A stretch of 64,000 nucleotides of DNA. It comes from Eledone cirrhosa (taxonomy: Eukaryota). Every line of letters begins with the position of its first letter. The first letter of the stretch is position 1. The translations under genes and the position numbers were made by a program. Shown here piece after piece: positions 1-12,989 of this stretch. The stretch is from the NCBI GenBank assembly GCA_964016885.1, contig OZ024754.1:7130001-7194000 (forward strand), written 5' to 3'. A model generated the notes under the pieces. That model was not told the origin of the DNA. It was given only the letters and a program-made list of their open reading frames with translations, and ran no database searches.

Positions 1-68
<68 letters not shown>

Positions 69-69
69 A

Positions 70-830
70 ATATGTTATAAGAACAGCTTATATATATATT
101 TATTATAAGAACAGAATATATATATATTTATTATAAGAACAGCTTATATATATATTTATTATAAGAACAGCTTATATATATATTTATTATAAGAACAGCT
201 TATATATATATATTTATTATAAGAACAGCTTATATATATATTTATTATAAGAACAGCTTATATATATATTTATTATAAGAACAGCTTATATATATATTTA
301 TTATAAGAACAGCTTATATATATATTTATTATAAGAACAGCTTATATATATATTTATTATAAGAACAGAATATATATATATTTATTATAAGAACAGCTTA
401 TATATATATTTATTATAAGAACAGCTTATATATATATTTATTATAAGAACAGAATATATATATATTTATTATAAGAACAGAATATATATATATTTATTAT
501 AAGAACAGAATATATATATATTTATTATAAGAACAGAATATATATATATTTATTATAAGAACAGAATATATATATATTTATTATAAGAACAGAATATATA
601 TATATTTATTATAAGAACAGCTTATATATATATTTATTATAAGAACAGCTTATATATATATTTATTATAAGAACAGCTTATATATATATTTATTATAAGA
701 ACAGAATATATATATATTTATTATAAGAACAGCTTATATATATATTTATTATAAGAACAGCTTATATATATATTTATTATAAGAACAGCTTATATATATA
801 TTTATTATAAGAACAGAATATATATATATA
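70..830 (+). repeat. ~30-bp minisatellite TTATTATAAGAACAG(CT/AA)TATATATATATAT, preceded by (TA)n
   Basis: Directly visible tandem units with two variant types (AACAGCTT / AACAGAAT) in runs. Confidence 0.95.
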
Positions 831-1099
831 TATATATATTATAATATAATATAAAAGAAAAGCGAACACAGATATATAAATATATGTGTTCAAATCGTAA
901 GGGACCTGATTCGCCAAGGTGAAAAGAATACTAACTATAGACAATTGGGTTCGTTGTCTCAATTTAAGAAAAAATTAAGAAAATAAATACAAACCGGAAT
1001 TGTGGGAGAGAGAGAAAGAGAGACAGAGAGAGAGAGTGAGAGAGAGTGAGCAAGTGAGCTCACACAAATATAAACAAATTGGGTGTAGCAAAGTATATA

Positions 1100-1253
1100 C
1101 GGGTACCACTCTATAATTGCAAGGGCCAACCGAGTATCAAAGAAACGTGTGACATGTTCGGCCCACTTGAGTTTGTTCAGACGGTACACGGATATAACGT
1201 CCTTCATTCCGGTTCTTTTTAATGATCTGCTCGTTTCGGATCTGATTTCTCAT
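1100..1253 (-). mobile_element. RTE-clade LINE fragment (RT C-terminal region)
   Basis: Translates as ...RTGMKDVI...KLKWAEHVTR..DTRLALAIIEWYP, matching the RTE KWAGHV.R..D.RW....EW.P motif. Confidence 0.7.
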
Positions 1254-1920
1254 CGGTAGAGGGTCGGACGCCATGCTTTCTAGCATAGTTACGTCCCTTT
1301 ACAGTCTGAGTTCAAATCCCGCCGAGGTTAACTTTGCCTTTCATCCTTACGAGGTAAAAGATAAAATAAAGTACCAGTAATGTACTGGGTAATTGCTGGC
1401 CTTGTGCCAAATGTAGAAACAATTATTATTATTAGTCTCAGTAGAGAGGTGGACGCCATGCTTCGTGGCATAGAGTTACGTCCCTTTACGGTCTGAGTTC
1501 AAATCCCGCCGAGGTTAACTTTGCCTTTCATCCTTACGGGGTCGATAAAATAAAGTACCAGTAATGCACTGGGTAATTGCTGGCCTTGTGCCAAATGTAG
1601 AAACAATTATAGTGTTATGGAGTTGATAAAAGAAAGTACCAGTCATGCACTGGGGTCAATTTAATCGACCCCCCCCCCCCCTAAAAAAATTGCTGGCCTT
1701 GAGCCTATATAAGAAACCATTGTTGTGTAATAGCTGTAGATTGGCAGTATCGGTAGAAGGTTGGACGCCATGATTTGCAGCAAAGAGTTACGGCCCTTTA
1801 TGATCTAAATTCAAGTTCCGCGGAGGTTAAATTTGCCTTTCATCCTTATGAGGTCGATAAAATAAAGTACCAGTAATGTACTGGGATAACTGGTGGCGTT
1901 GTACCAAAGATAGAAACAAT
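1252..1920 (+). mobile_element. Cluster of 3-4 tRNA-derived SINE family 1 copies
   Basis: A-box-like TGGCAGTATCGG, B box GAGTTCAAATCC, core GCCTTTCATCCTTACGGGGTCGATAAAATAAAGTACCAG, tail GAAACAATTATT. Confidence 0.9.
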
Positions 1921-2049
1921 TATTAAGTTTATAAGTGTCCTAGGAGAAGGAGGTAAAGCAAGGTTTGTGTTTTCTTAACGATCACTTTACAAACCCTTAA
2001 CCGTAAGCTCTAACGCCCTTTCATCTCATAGAACTGTATATATTTTAGA

Positions 2050-2335
2050 CAAAAGTCAGCTCAAAAGTCAGCTCAAAAGTGACACAGAGGAGACTGAGGT
2101 TGGCTGGACATGCTCACCGACATCCAGAGTTGACATTGCACTCAGTTCTCCTTTGGGAGCCCCTACATGGACACACTAGAAGAGGAAGACCAAGGTTAAC
2201 ATATGTTGATGCCCTAAGGACAGACACTGGTGTGTTGGAGATGCAGGACATGGCAGCGATAATGAGGGACAGAGACCGCTGGAGAGAACTCGTCCATGGA
2301 TCTCGGGAATTTTACCCGCCTTAGATAGAGAGATA
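2050..2335 (+). mobile_element. 5'-truncated RTE LINE family 1, 3' end
   Basis: RRLRLAGHAHRHPEL...GRPRLTYVD...DRDRWR; TAGA tail; homologous to 43968-45128. Confidence 0.92.
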
Positions 2336-2510
2336 CGTTATCTAGTAGTTGGCTTATACATTTGCGTTATATTCTAGTATTAATATAGCTTTCATAAATA
2401 ATACTCGAGTTTAGTAGACAATAAATAAAGTTATATTAAATCTGAATAGTTTAGTCTCCTGATGTTTCCAATATGAATTATGCAAACATCTGAAGGGTAA
2501 TTCAATGAAT

Positions 2511-3109
2511 AATATATATATATATGTATGTATATATATACATATATATATGTATATGTATATATATACATATATGTATATGTATATATATACATATATG
2601 TATATATATACATATATGTATATATATACATATATGTATATATATACATATATGTATATGTATATATATACATATATGTATATATATACATATATGTATA
2701 TATATACATATATGTATTTGTATATATATACATATATGTATATATATACATATATGTATTTGTATATATATACATATATGTATATATATACATATATGTA
2801 TTTGTATATATATACATATATGTATATGTATATATATACATATATATATGTATATATATACATATATATATGTATATATATACATATATATATATGTATA
2901 TATATACATATATATATGTATATATATACATATATATATGTATATATATACATATATATATGTATATATATACATATATATATGTATATATATACATATA
3001 TATATGTATATATATACATATATATATGTATATATATACATATATATATGTATATATATACATATATATATATGTATATGTATATATATACATATATGTA
3101 TATATATAC

Positions 3110-3157
<48 letters not shown>

Positions 3158-3203
3158 ATGTATATACACATATATATATATATGTATGTATATATATATA
3201 CAC

Positions 3204-3234
<31 letters not shown>

Positions 3235-3254
3235 TATACACATATATATATGTA

Positions 3255-3338
<84 letters not shown>

Positions 3339-3543
3339 TACACACATATATATATGTATATATATATATACACACATATATATATGTATATATATATATA
3401 TACACACATATATATATGTATATATATATACACACATATATATATATGTATATATATATACACACATATATACACGTATATGTATATATATATATACACA
3501 TATGTATATATTTATATATATATATATATATATGTATGTGTAT

Positions 3544-3582
<39 letters not shown>

Positions 3583-3615
3583 CACATATATATGTGCATG
3601 TATGTATGTATATAT
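2511..3615. repeat. Compound (TA)n/TACA/TATG microsatellite with 18-22 bp higher-order units
   Basis: Directly visible; source of the YIYI ORFs. Confidence 0.97.
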
Positions 3616-3873
3616 GAGTGTATGTTGTGCATGCTGGGGGGGGGGGGGGGGGGGGGAGAAAAAAACAGTTTATTTGAAACCATATTCAGTGAGAAAAAAA
3701 CATTTGTAATAAAAAATTGCACAATAACATCACAAGGCAGTAAAACTAACAGAAATAGACAAAACAACCCAATAATATATGTTGAGAATACAGAAGCCGA
3801 ATCTATATTGAAATATTTAAAATACAATACATATTTTATAGCTCGGATAATAGCTTTTATTATTTTTATGTGT

Positions 3874-4320
3874 CGCCGAGGTTGATTTTGCCTTTCATCC
3901 TTACGGGGTCGATAACATAAAGTACCAGTAATGCACTGGGTAATTGCTGGCCTTGTGCCTAAAGTAGAAACAATTATTTTTATGTGTCCCGTTCAAATCC
4001 CATGGAGGTAAGCTATGCTTTTCATCTTTACATGGTCGATAAAATAAAGTACCAATAGCACACTGGGGGTCGATAAATCGTCTTTTCCCTTTTCCCTTTA
4101 AATTACTGGCTTTGTGGAAAGTCTAGAAACTATCATTTTTGGACGCCATGCTTCGTGGTATAGAGTTACGTCCGTTTACGGTCTGAGTTCAATCCCGTCG
4201 AGGTTAGCTTTGCCTTTCGTCCTTACATGGTCGATAAAATAAAGTGCCAATAGCACACTCGGGGTCGATAAATTATCTTTTCCCTTTAACTTATTGGCTT
4301 TGTGGAAAGTTTAGAAACTA
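3874..4320 (+). mobile_element. Three SINE family 1 copies or fragments
   Basis: Conserved core and tail motifs. Confidence 0.85.
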
Positions 4321-4374
4321 TCATTTTTATATTTTTATGAGTCGTGAACAATCATGACAACCGAACAAAATAGT

Positions 4375-5043
4375 CAGCAATTTTCGAGGGGAGGGGAAAG
4401 TCGATTAAATAAACCCCAGTGCGTGACTGGTACTTTATTTTATCGACCCCGTAAGGATGAAAGGCAAAGTTAACCTCGGCGGGATTTGAACTCAGAACGT
4501 AAAAGGCCATAACTCTATGCCTCAAAGCATGTTGTCCGACGCTCTACCGATACTACCAATGAAATAATATAAATACTTTAATCTACGACTATATCGATTG
4601 TACCAATTCACCAAATTCTACTGAACTACCAAAATAGATATCAATTTATAGCATTAATATTGATTTATCCCATTAATACAAGTTAATCTCGGCAAGATTT
4701 GAACTCAGATCATAAAGTGCCATAACTCTATGCTGCAAAGCATGGCGTCCGTCCTTCTACCGATAGTGCCAAGCCACCGCCCTCATGACAACCGAAAGAA
4801 TGCGAGAAAGACATGGTTTAGTAAAACTATCATATACATCATTGTTTCTACTTTAGGCACAAGGCCAGCAATTTGAAGGGGGAAGGGAAGTCGATTAAAT
4901 CGACCCCAATATATTACTGGTACTTTATTTTCTCGACTCTGTAAAGATGAAAGGCAAAGCTAACGTCGGCGGGATTTGAACTCAGACCGTAAAGGGACGT
5001 AACTGTATGCCACGAAGCATGGCGTCCACCTCTCTACTGAGAC

Positions 5044-5080
<37 letters not shown>

Positions 5081-5419
5081 TGTTTTTACATTTGGCACAA
5101 GGCCAGCAAATAACCCAGTACATTACTGGTACTTTATTTTATCGACCCCGTAAGGATGAAAGGCAAAGTCAACCTCGGCGGGATTTGAACTCAGACCGTA
5201 AAGGGACGATTATTAAACTATTATTAATAATTGTTTCTACTTTAGGCACAAGGCCAGCAATTATACCAGTATATTACTGGTACTTTATTTTATCGACCCC
5301 GTAAGGATGAAAGGCAAAGTTAACGTCTGCGGGATTTGAACTCAGATCATAAAGGGGCATAACTCTTTGCTGCAAAGCATGGCGTCCGACTCTCTACCGA
5401 TACTGCCAATCCACCGCCC

Positions 5420-5450
<31 letters not shown>

Positions 5451-5605
5451 AATAATAATGATAATAATAGTTTATTATATAGGCACAAAGCCAGCAATTT
5501 TAGGGAGGGGAAATCGACTAAATCGACCCCAGTGCGTGACTGGTACTTTATTTTATCGACCCTGTAAGGATGAAAAGCAACGCTAACCTCGACGGGATTT
5601 GTACT
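4375..5605 (-). mobile_element. Cluster of ~6 SINE family 1 copies with (AAT)n tails
   Basis: Reverse complement of the core (CTGGTACTTTATTTTATCGACCCCGTAAGGATGAAAGGC) repeated. Confidence 0.9.
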
Positions 5606-6118
5606 CAATATTATATATATAATAAACAAAGAAACCGTTTTATACACACATTTATATATATTGAATACTAGAGAAATACTTCAATATTTACATGAGTTGA
5701 GGTAAATGTTGATAATTCAGACAATTCCACATTGGTGATTACTCTTCATTTCTCACACACCACTAGCATCAAATATTTATTCAGTATGTAACTGTAAATA
5801 TGTATATCAAACAGTTTTTTGAGCAGATCATCATGTTCTAGATAGCTTCATGTTTATCGACTACGTCAGAAAGATTAAGAAACGTGATGCGAAAGAAGTC
5901 GATGTAACTGACTGTATTTTCCTATGGTAGCAAATTCTGTGAACATTTAAATGTGCTCCGCTTCGAAATAAGGAGGATGTGTTTGACGATGTACATAAAA
6001 CGTGTGACAGGTTCACAATCTGGGACTGCGGGACTAGACGTAAATTTAAGACACTTCGGTAACGGATCAATATTGTACAGATATTGATCAATATTGTATA
6101 TTATTATGTAAATTATAG

Positions 6119-6270
6119 ATGCTTTGACGTATAGAGTTACGGCCTTTGCCATTCTGAGTTCAAATCCCGCCAAGGTTAACTTTGTCTTTCATCCTTACGG
6201 GGTCGATAAAATAAAGTACCAGTAATGCACTGGGTAATTGCTGGCCTTGTGCCAAAGGTAGAAACAATTA
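6119..6270 (+). mobile_element. 5'-truncated SINE family 1 with ~17-bp TSD ATTATGTAAATTATAGA
   Basis: SINE core; direct repeat on both flanks. Confidence 0.88.
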
Positions 6271-6306
6271 TGTAAATTATAGACATATAAATACTATAAC
6301 ATTAAC

Positions 6307-6732
6307 TGTGCTACTGTACGGGCCCGAGACTTGGACACTGACCAAGAAACTCACTCAGATGGTGGATGGGTGCTACACGAGAATGTTGAGGAGGGCTCTG
6401 AATATTAATCAGTATACACTGAGGATGAAGAACTCAGAGCTGTACGGGAGCCTCCCAAAAGTCAGCTCGAAAGTGACACAGAGGCGACTGAGATTAGCTG
6501 GACATGCTCACCAACATTCAGAGTTGACACTGCGCTCAGTGCTCCCGTGGGAGTCCCCTACACGAACACACAAGAAGAGGGAGACCGAGGTTGACATATA
6601 TTGATGCTCTAAGGGTCAGATAATGATCTCTGGTAGATGCAGAACATGGCGGCGATGATGAAGGACAGAGACCGCTGGAGTGAACTCGTCCACGGATCTC
6701 GGGAATTTTATCCGCCCTAGATAGACAGAGAT
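6307..6732 (+). mobile_element. 5'-truncated RTE LINE family 1
   Basis: LLYGPETWTLTKKLTQMVDGCYTRMLR...; TAGA tail; flanking duplication CATATAAATACTATAACATTAACT. Confidence 0.93.
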
Positions 6733-7071
6733 AACTAGAATATTATATAAATATAGGCATATAAATACTATAACATTAACTAACTACAAGTTAATATAAA
6801 TAAAATATTGTTTTATCTAATACACAAAGCAACATTATAGGTGAGGTCAGTAGCCAGGATGGGAAATCATTGCTAATGAAGTAATGTCAGCACTAATGAG
6901 ATTTGTACTCTGGTCGTTGAGAGACATAACTTGTTTGATATTCTCCTATTTTTATCATTCCATTAGGGCTTCCTTCCTGAATTTATATTACTTACCTTCT
7001 TTTGTCACTGAAGGTACAAAAACAAAGATATGTACCTACAGTAATTGTAAAAGATCGATATGCGATTATTG

Positions 7072-7250
7072 AATTGGCAGTATCAGTAGAGGGTCGGACA
7101 TGCTTTCCAGCATAGTTACGTCCCTTTACAATCTGAGTTCAAATCCCGTCGAGGTTAACTTTGCCTTTCATCCTTACGGGGGTCGATAAAATAAAGTACC
7201 AGTAATGCACTGGGTAATTGCTGGCCTTGTGCCAAAAGTAGAAACAATTA
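7072..7250 (+). mobile_element. SINE family 1
   Basis: Head, core and tail present. Confidence 0.9.
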
Positions 7251-7261
7251 TATATATATTT

Positions 7262-7590
7262 TTAATGTAATCATAATTGTATTGTAAAAAATGCAAGTGT
7301 ATTTTGTTGTTATGAAAACGGAAAAGGAAGGGAAATGCAAGGGCTCTAGGGTCACAGTAGAATGGGAGGGGAATCGGGAGGGTGATGGGCTCTAGGCCTA
7401 GGGCGCGGACAATAGCCAGCGACTCCCACTGCAACAGCCACTCCAGCTCGCGGGGCTCCTTCCTCAGACGGGCTGCTGACGTTCCGGTCTTGCGGAGGAA
7501 CTCGATAGTACGGGGGTCCTAGTATGCCCGAGGTCTCGACGGTGACTGGTGCGAAGAGGAAGCAACTGGACAAACCCCGGTATTTGTTTC
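7262..7590 (-). mobile_element. CRE-like (RLE) non-LTR retrotransposon 3' fragment
   Basis: With one frameshift: KYRGLSSCFLFAPVTVETSGILGP/RTIEFLRKTG..AARLRKEPRELEWLLQWESLAIVR, the C-terminal half of a restriction-like endonuclease domain; 3' UTR ends at (TA)n. Confidence 0.75.
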
Positions 7591-8061
7591 TAAAAAGAAT
7601 CTAAGAATTACCATTTATTAAAATGACAGTGGAAAGAAATGTCAGAGACGCTATAATTAACTCTGAATTCTTTTGTTTGTTTCTTTTCTTTTCTAACTAT
7701 AATTTATCCTGCAGCACACGCATAACACGTGGAATGAGAGATGTGATATATAATCTACTACAAATCGCTCCAGACATTATTGAGAGATAGAAAGGAAGAT
7801 ACATATATCGTACTTTGATATTAATACACACGTCTGTAATCTACGAGACTTCAAAGTTGTTAATTGATATATAGGCATCACGCTAACAAAAAGTATAGCT
7901 AACTTATTCAGACTTAGAATACGTTAGTCTTTGTTTAAAATTTAGGCATTCAATTAGTTTCTACTAATTGAAAACTTGTTATTCCACATTTCCTACATTA
8001 CAAAGCACACGTTTTGTGTCTTTGTTGTTTTAGAGAGAATTTAAATATGACATTACCATTT

Positions 8062-8096
<35 letters not shown>

Positions 8097-8564
8097 TTCC
8101 GTTTTCCTTGATCCATGTAGAAAGACAGACAACACAACATAAATAACCTACGAGTTGTGAGAATTTCCTTTCATCTTGACAAGCTAATAAATGATCTAGA
8201 AAATCTATGGAGTTATTCCTTGCAGAATGACAAATCTATTATGTCTTGTTTTTTCGCAGTAAATTAAATATTCAAATATATTATTAGAATTATTTCTGTT
8301 CTACTTCTTCCGTTCTATTTTATCCACTTGACATATTGTAAACTTTACAACTTCATGTTGTATTTTATTATTTTCTTTGTATACATATATTTTGTGAAAC
8401 ACCATACGATATATTTCTAATTGTGGTCTAAGGTCAGATATTATGGGTGGAGAAAGACAATTATATTTATACCAGCAATGTATTGTACTTTATTTTATGG
8501 AACTCAAAAACATGAAAAACAAAATTGGATTAGAACGCAGAATTCTCTATAAAGATTTCGTAAT

Positions 8565-8800
8565 AGGCGCAGGCATGGTGTGTGTGTTTAGGGAGTTTGA
8601 TACGTGGTTTCAAGTTCGTATCCACCACGTAACACATTGTAACATTCTTGAACTGGGTTGTGTGTTGTGGTCTTGAGCAAAACATTTCATTTCCTGTTTC
8701 CCTAAGTATATTCAGCTAAAAATGAGTATCAATAATAGTTGTGGGTTTAACCCCGCGATGGACTGGTGCCCAACCAGGGGCGGTTGTGTGTGTGTGTGTG
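8565..8800 (+). mobile_element. Diverged tRNA-derived SINE with V-domain-like segment
   Basis: CTTGAGCAAAACATTTC and AACCCCGCGATGGACTGGTGCCCAACCAGGG; related copy at 37085-37280. Confidence 0.6.
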
Positions 8801-9668
8801 TCTTGTAATCTCAGTCGTTTCAGACAACCGAAACTGGTATAAATACCAGCCTGATTAGCCTCCGGGGTAGAGACAGACTTCTTTTTGGGGACAGCTATAT
8901 TCCTGAAAGCCACTGTACGATAGTCCAGGAAAGATATCAAAATTAAATTGAATTGAAAATATCGATGACCATCAGTAATCCGTACCCTAGGCTGTGCTTT
9001 GAATATTTGACTGCAGTTCCTAGCAGATCAAGTGAAACCGTAGCTTTCCCCGATGATCCGATTGGCGTTGATCCGATCGGCAGTGTTAACACTTTTAAGA
9101 ATATTTCATAAAATTTAATTCCGTTGCTTAAATTTCTATCTGAATTTTTTTTCTGATAACTGTAAAACAATGCAACGTTTGCTATTAACAAAGGAATTCC
9201 CAGTTTACTGATGATCAATATTCTGTCATGACACCAGGTCCTCTGTGGTCGAAATAATCCATTTCCTCAATTACATGTGTCTTCTTACTATTACTCCACA
9301 TAACAAGGACATCTAAAGCTACAACTACTACTACAATATTTAGCAGTTCATGTTCCATTTCCTCTCATGACAGTTCGTTTGTCTTTCCTTCTCTGTGATT
9401 GTCTTATCCAATCAATCTATCTGAACGGATTAATCCCTGCAGTCTGCCATCTGTCAGTAAATATATTACCTTACTTGCATGTCATGTCTTCAAATATCAG
9501 AGTAACTTTGCTATGATCCTACAGATGTAATACCATACAACAGTGTGTTAAACACCATAATATACTATTTGATTACTGGCTTTCAGTCGTATCAAATTGC
9601 CGAGACATTGCATAATAGTTTAACTAAATTGCTTGTGTTTACATTGGTTAGACAGTTATTGTTGTTTA

Positions 9669-9950
9669 AGAGAGATCACAGCTCCGATGCTATAGGCATG
9701 TGGTTGCAATGTCGGAGGAAAGAATCGCTGGAAAGATTTTACGGGCAAAACTATCCGGCAGAAGCCCCAGGGGTAGACCTTCCACGAGCAAGATGGTTGG
9801 ATAAAAGCCACGAGCTTGGCTGGTCTCGTTTGGGGATCCAGCCGGATCAGTTGGAGACGGTTGCTTCTGACAGGCTCGCTGGGAGGAATGTTTGAGGAGT
9901 CTGCCCCCACGACCCTCTCAGAAATAAGTGGACGAAGAAGAAGAAGGATG
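9669..9950 (+). mobile_element. RTE LINE family 2, 3' end with (GAA)n tail
   Basis: ERSQLR..HV..MSEERI...RGRP.RARWLD...LGW; homologous to 61425-62044. Confidence 0.82.
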
Positions 9951-10041
9951 GAATATGACGATTTGTAACTTGAGGTTTGTAATATAAAGATCGAAGTGTC
10001 GGATAAGACATTATATTCTACAATTAATTTTAATATACGTA

Positions 10042-10432
10042 CTCGTGGGTCACTAATGATCCTTCCCTCCCCTGCTAATTAATTTTTAAATTTTTTCCAG
10101 CCCCTTGCTCCTATTCCATCCCACCTCATTTATTAAATTTTACTAATCTATCTTCGGCGAAATTTTATTTTAAGTGGTAGCGTTCCTGCGACAATTAATT
10201 TTCTTTAGTCATTAAAAAATATTATACATGTCAAAAAATTATATTACTAAAAATCTCATACGTTATAAAATAAATAGCATGGGCTGGGTTCCAATATGTA
10301 AACTAATTAACTAATTCTGGTTTAAAAAAAAATAATCAATGGAGACAGCCTAGAAAAAGTACCAATTCCCCTCCCCACTTATTCCACCTCCCTTGCTCAT
10401 TCCAATCCCTCCTATTATTTAGGAACCAAGAG
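10042..10432. mobile_element. Degenerate TA-flanked MITE (Tc1/mariner-like)
   Basis: Imperfect TIRs TA|CTCGTGGGTCACTAAT ... ATTTAGGAACCAAGAG|TA. Confidence 0.5.
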
Positions 10433-11905
10433 TACATATGCATGCATTGGTACATTAAAAACGATTTAATTTTTCTGTTATCCGTGCTGTAGATTACGAA
10501 CTATAGAAAGTCTAAAATAATCTAACTCTTGTTTTTATTTATCTAATTATATCACTGTGTAGGAGGAAGTTCCCCCACATATAACTCATTAAATATTGAT
10601 CAATAAGTCATACATTCACGAGAATATATATCTATTAATTATGTATCTATTAATTACGTGTTTAAAAATTAATAAGCTATCGTATTTCTATTTAATATTT
10701 TAATTAATTGTCTTTAGACAGAAATAAACAATTATCTGATAAAAGAATTAAGAAAGAAAAGGAATATGAAATATATAAATAAATTGATTAAATAACACAT
10801 CATTTGGCAAGAGGCTGTCATGAGTTACTTTCCTTAGTTGTTCATGTTGTGTGTGTAATTAACGAAGCAGCGTTGCACGAATATTTAGATTGCTCAGAGA
10901 CTTTTTCCCATGGAGCTCAGCTCTACACACATATATATATATACACTGTAATATTGAGAAAGAAATAGGATATATTTAGAAGTAATTACCTCTGTGTACT
11001 TATTTGAAGTTTACATACACAATCACGAAAAACGAAGTGATAGGAATTTAATTTCGTGTTGAAAATCGAAGTGAATGGATACCAGATAATTTCACGTGTA
11101 ACTAACTAATTGATTGATTTTAGATGAAAAGAAAACAAATGAATTGTAGCAATGGATATATAGGTGGAGTAGCAAGTTAAGTCACTCGGTCAAACATGAT
11201 TTTAATATTATTTTTAACACGCAACACCCGGGTAAGATTATAACTTCATATCCTGTATATTCATAAAATGTTTGCTTCTTGAAACAAAATATTAGAATTA
11301 ACTATTTCCCAACATTCTTCACAGGAATTTTGGAAACATTATAGAATTATTTATTTCCATTTAGATATGGGAGATTTCATGTTTACTGGTAGGGTTTCCT
11401 TATTTCAATGAAATTTTCATTTCTAGACCACCGGGATACCGATTAAATTCTACCTCAAAATCCATGTCCATACACGCACAATGAAGATGTATGGATACAA
11501 AGTGAGAGATAATTCGAAATATCTCATCAAGTAAATTAATTCGCTGCGCTGTGAATTCAAATAAATAAGATACAAAATGGAGGAAGCCACTGATGTTTGT
11601 ATAAAGAATTTCCATTCACAATTACATTACTAAGACATATTCAATGAAAATCTTGGAATTATTCACTGATTTAAGAGATTCGATTAAAAATGTTACCAGC
11701 CATCTCTCTTTCATGACTTAAAGTAATTATTTTGTAAGTTATTGTAGAAATTGAAATGAAATGTCTTCTCCCTGTGAAATTAATGTGTAATTTACAAGAG
11801 AGACATGATATTCACATAGCAGAACGTTTTACACACGTTAATACTGCAACCCCAAAATTCTGTCTCGTGTAGTAGAACTCAATGTGTTTAGATTGCCGCT
11901 CTTAC

Positions 11906-12075
11906 TTGCTTATCTTAGTAGATTTCTTTTTCCTAATGCCGCGTTGCCTATTATTTATCTTGAGACCTGCTAACGTGAGGTTGCTTGTCGTTTGAAAAGC
12001 TCTCAATAATAGAAATCCAAGTGAATGAGACATAACACCATAAATTACATCCACCAAAATATAATACTTTAGTGC
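11906..12075 (-). pseudogene. Putative pseudo-exon, PTP region after the catalytic motif
   Basis: AG acceptor and CAA|GTAAGA donor; ..GG..WCYVSFTWISIIESF....PHV..; stops. Confidence 0.35.
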
Positions 12076-12989
12076 CTATTTTGGGGAGAAATTAAATTTA
12101 TGTGGTCAAAGGTTGATTTTATTTATTGCTTGAGTTGATGATATTTCTATCGGTATATCAACAGTGGATATACCAATGTGGGCTCAAATGGGGCAGACCT
12201 GTGATTAAATAGATTCCTATATTTAATGATTAAATATATTCCTATGATTCCGATTCCAACTACGGTAATATTACGTTACGACAAGCACATTGCATGTTCA
12301 GTTTTTCGAAGACGTTGTGTATAATTTGGAAGTGGTTTTGCTGCTATTTCATATTTCAAACAATTATGAACAAAATGCAGAGGTTTTATCGCTGTCTTGG
12401 ATATAGCCTACTTTTCTTCAATTTAAAATCTGTTACAAATTTAGTTTGATGTTTAGTATTACGTGTAGTAGGTTTTCCTTTCCATATTGTTGTTATTCTT
12501 GTTTCTCTCAAACTTTAAAGTCTGAGTATTTTACCTTCGTTATACTTACTTTACTAAAGATATTTCTCTATTTTTATCTTATAATTTGATTCAAAGTTTC
12601 GTTTTGTTTATGTTGGGAAAGTATATTTTAGTTCAGTTAGTGTAAATTTGGTATGACAATTTATTTTTAATTTATCTATTCTATGTTTGAGAATTTAGTT
12701 TAAACAGAATGTAATAATGGTTTCTTATATTAAACAGAATGTAATAATGATACCATATATGCATATTAAACAGTAAAGGATAGAAATAGAAATGATATGA
12801 ACCACTGAATAAACGCAAATAAACCAAACGGATGGGTTTCAAGAATAGACTAAATTATATAAGTTTCAACAAAACTAAAGTTGACCGAAAATTTAACTTA
12901 GGAATATCTAAATTAAAAAGAAAAAATCAGCTGTCTATGAAGTTGAATTAAATTAGTTTAAATTTCTATTTTATCTCGTTTAACATATG

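Noticed and set aside
70-830. Possible CRISPR array
   Set aside because: Units are separated only by TA runs; a minisatellite
2411-3885. Long YIYI/ICIY ORFs (also 34946-35940 and 62852-63544)
   Set aside because: Translations of TA/CA microsatellites, open in several frames on both strands
5901-6058. Plus-strand chitin-binding-domain-like peptide (FKC...VFD...TCDRF..DCGTR)
   Set aside because: Two in-frame stops and no partner exons found; the minus strand fits the expected PTP D2 remnant. An HMM search would settle it.
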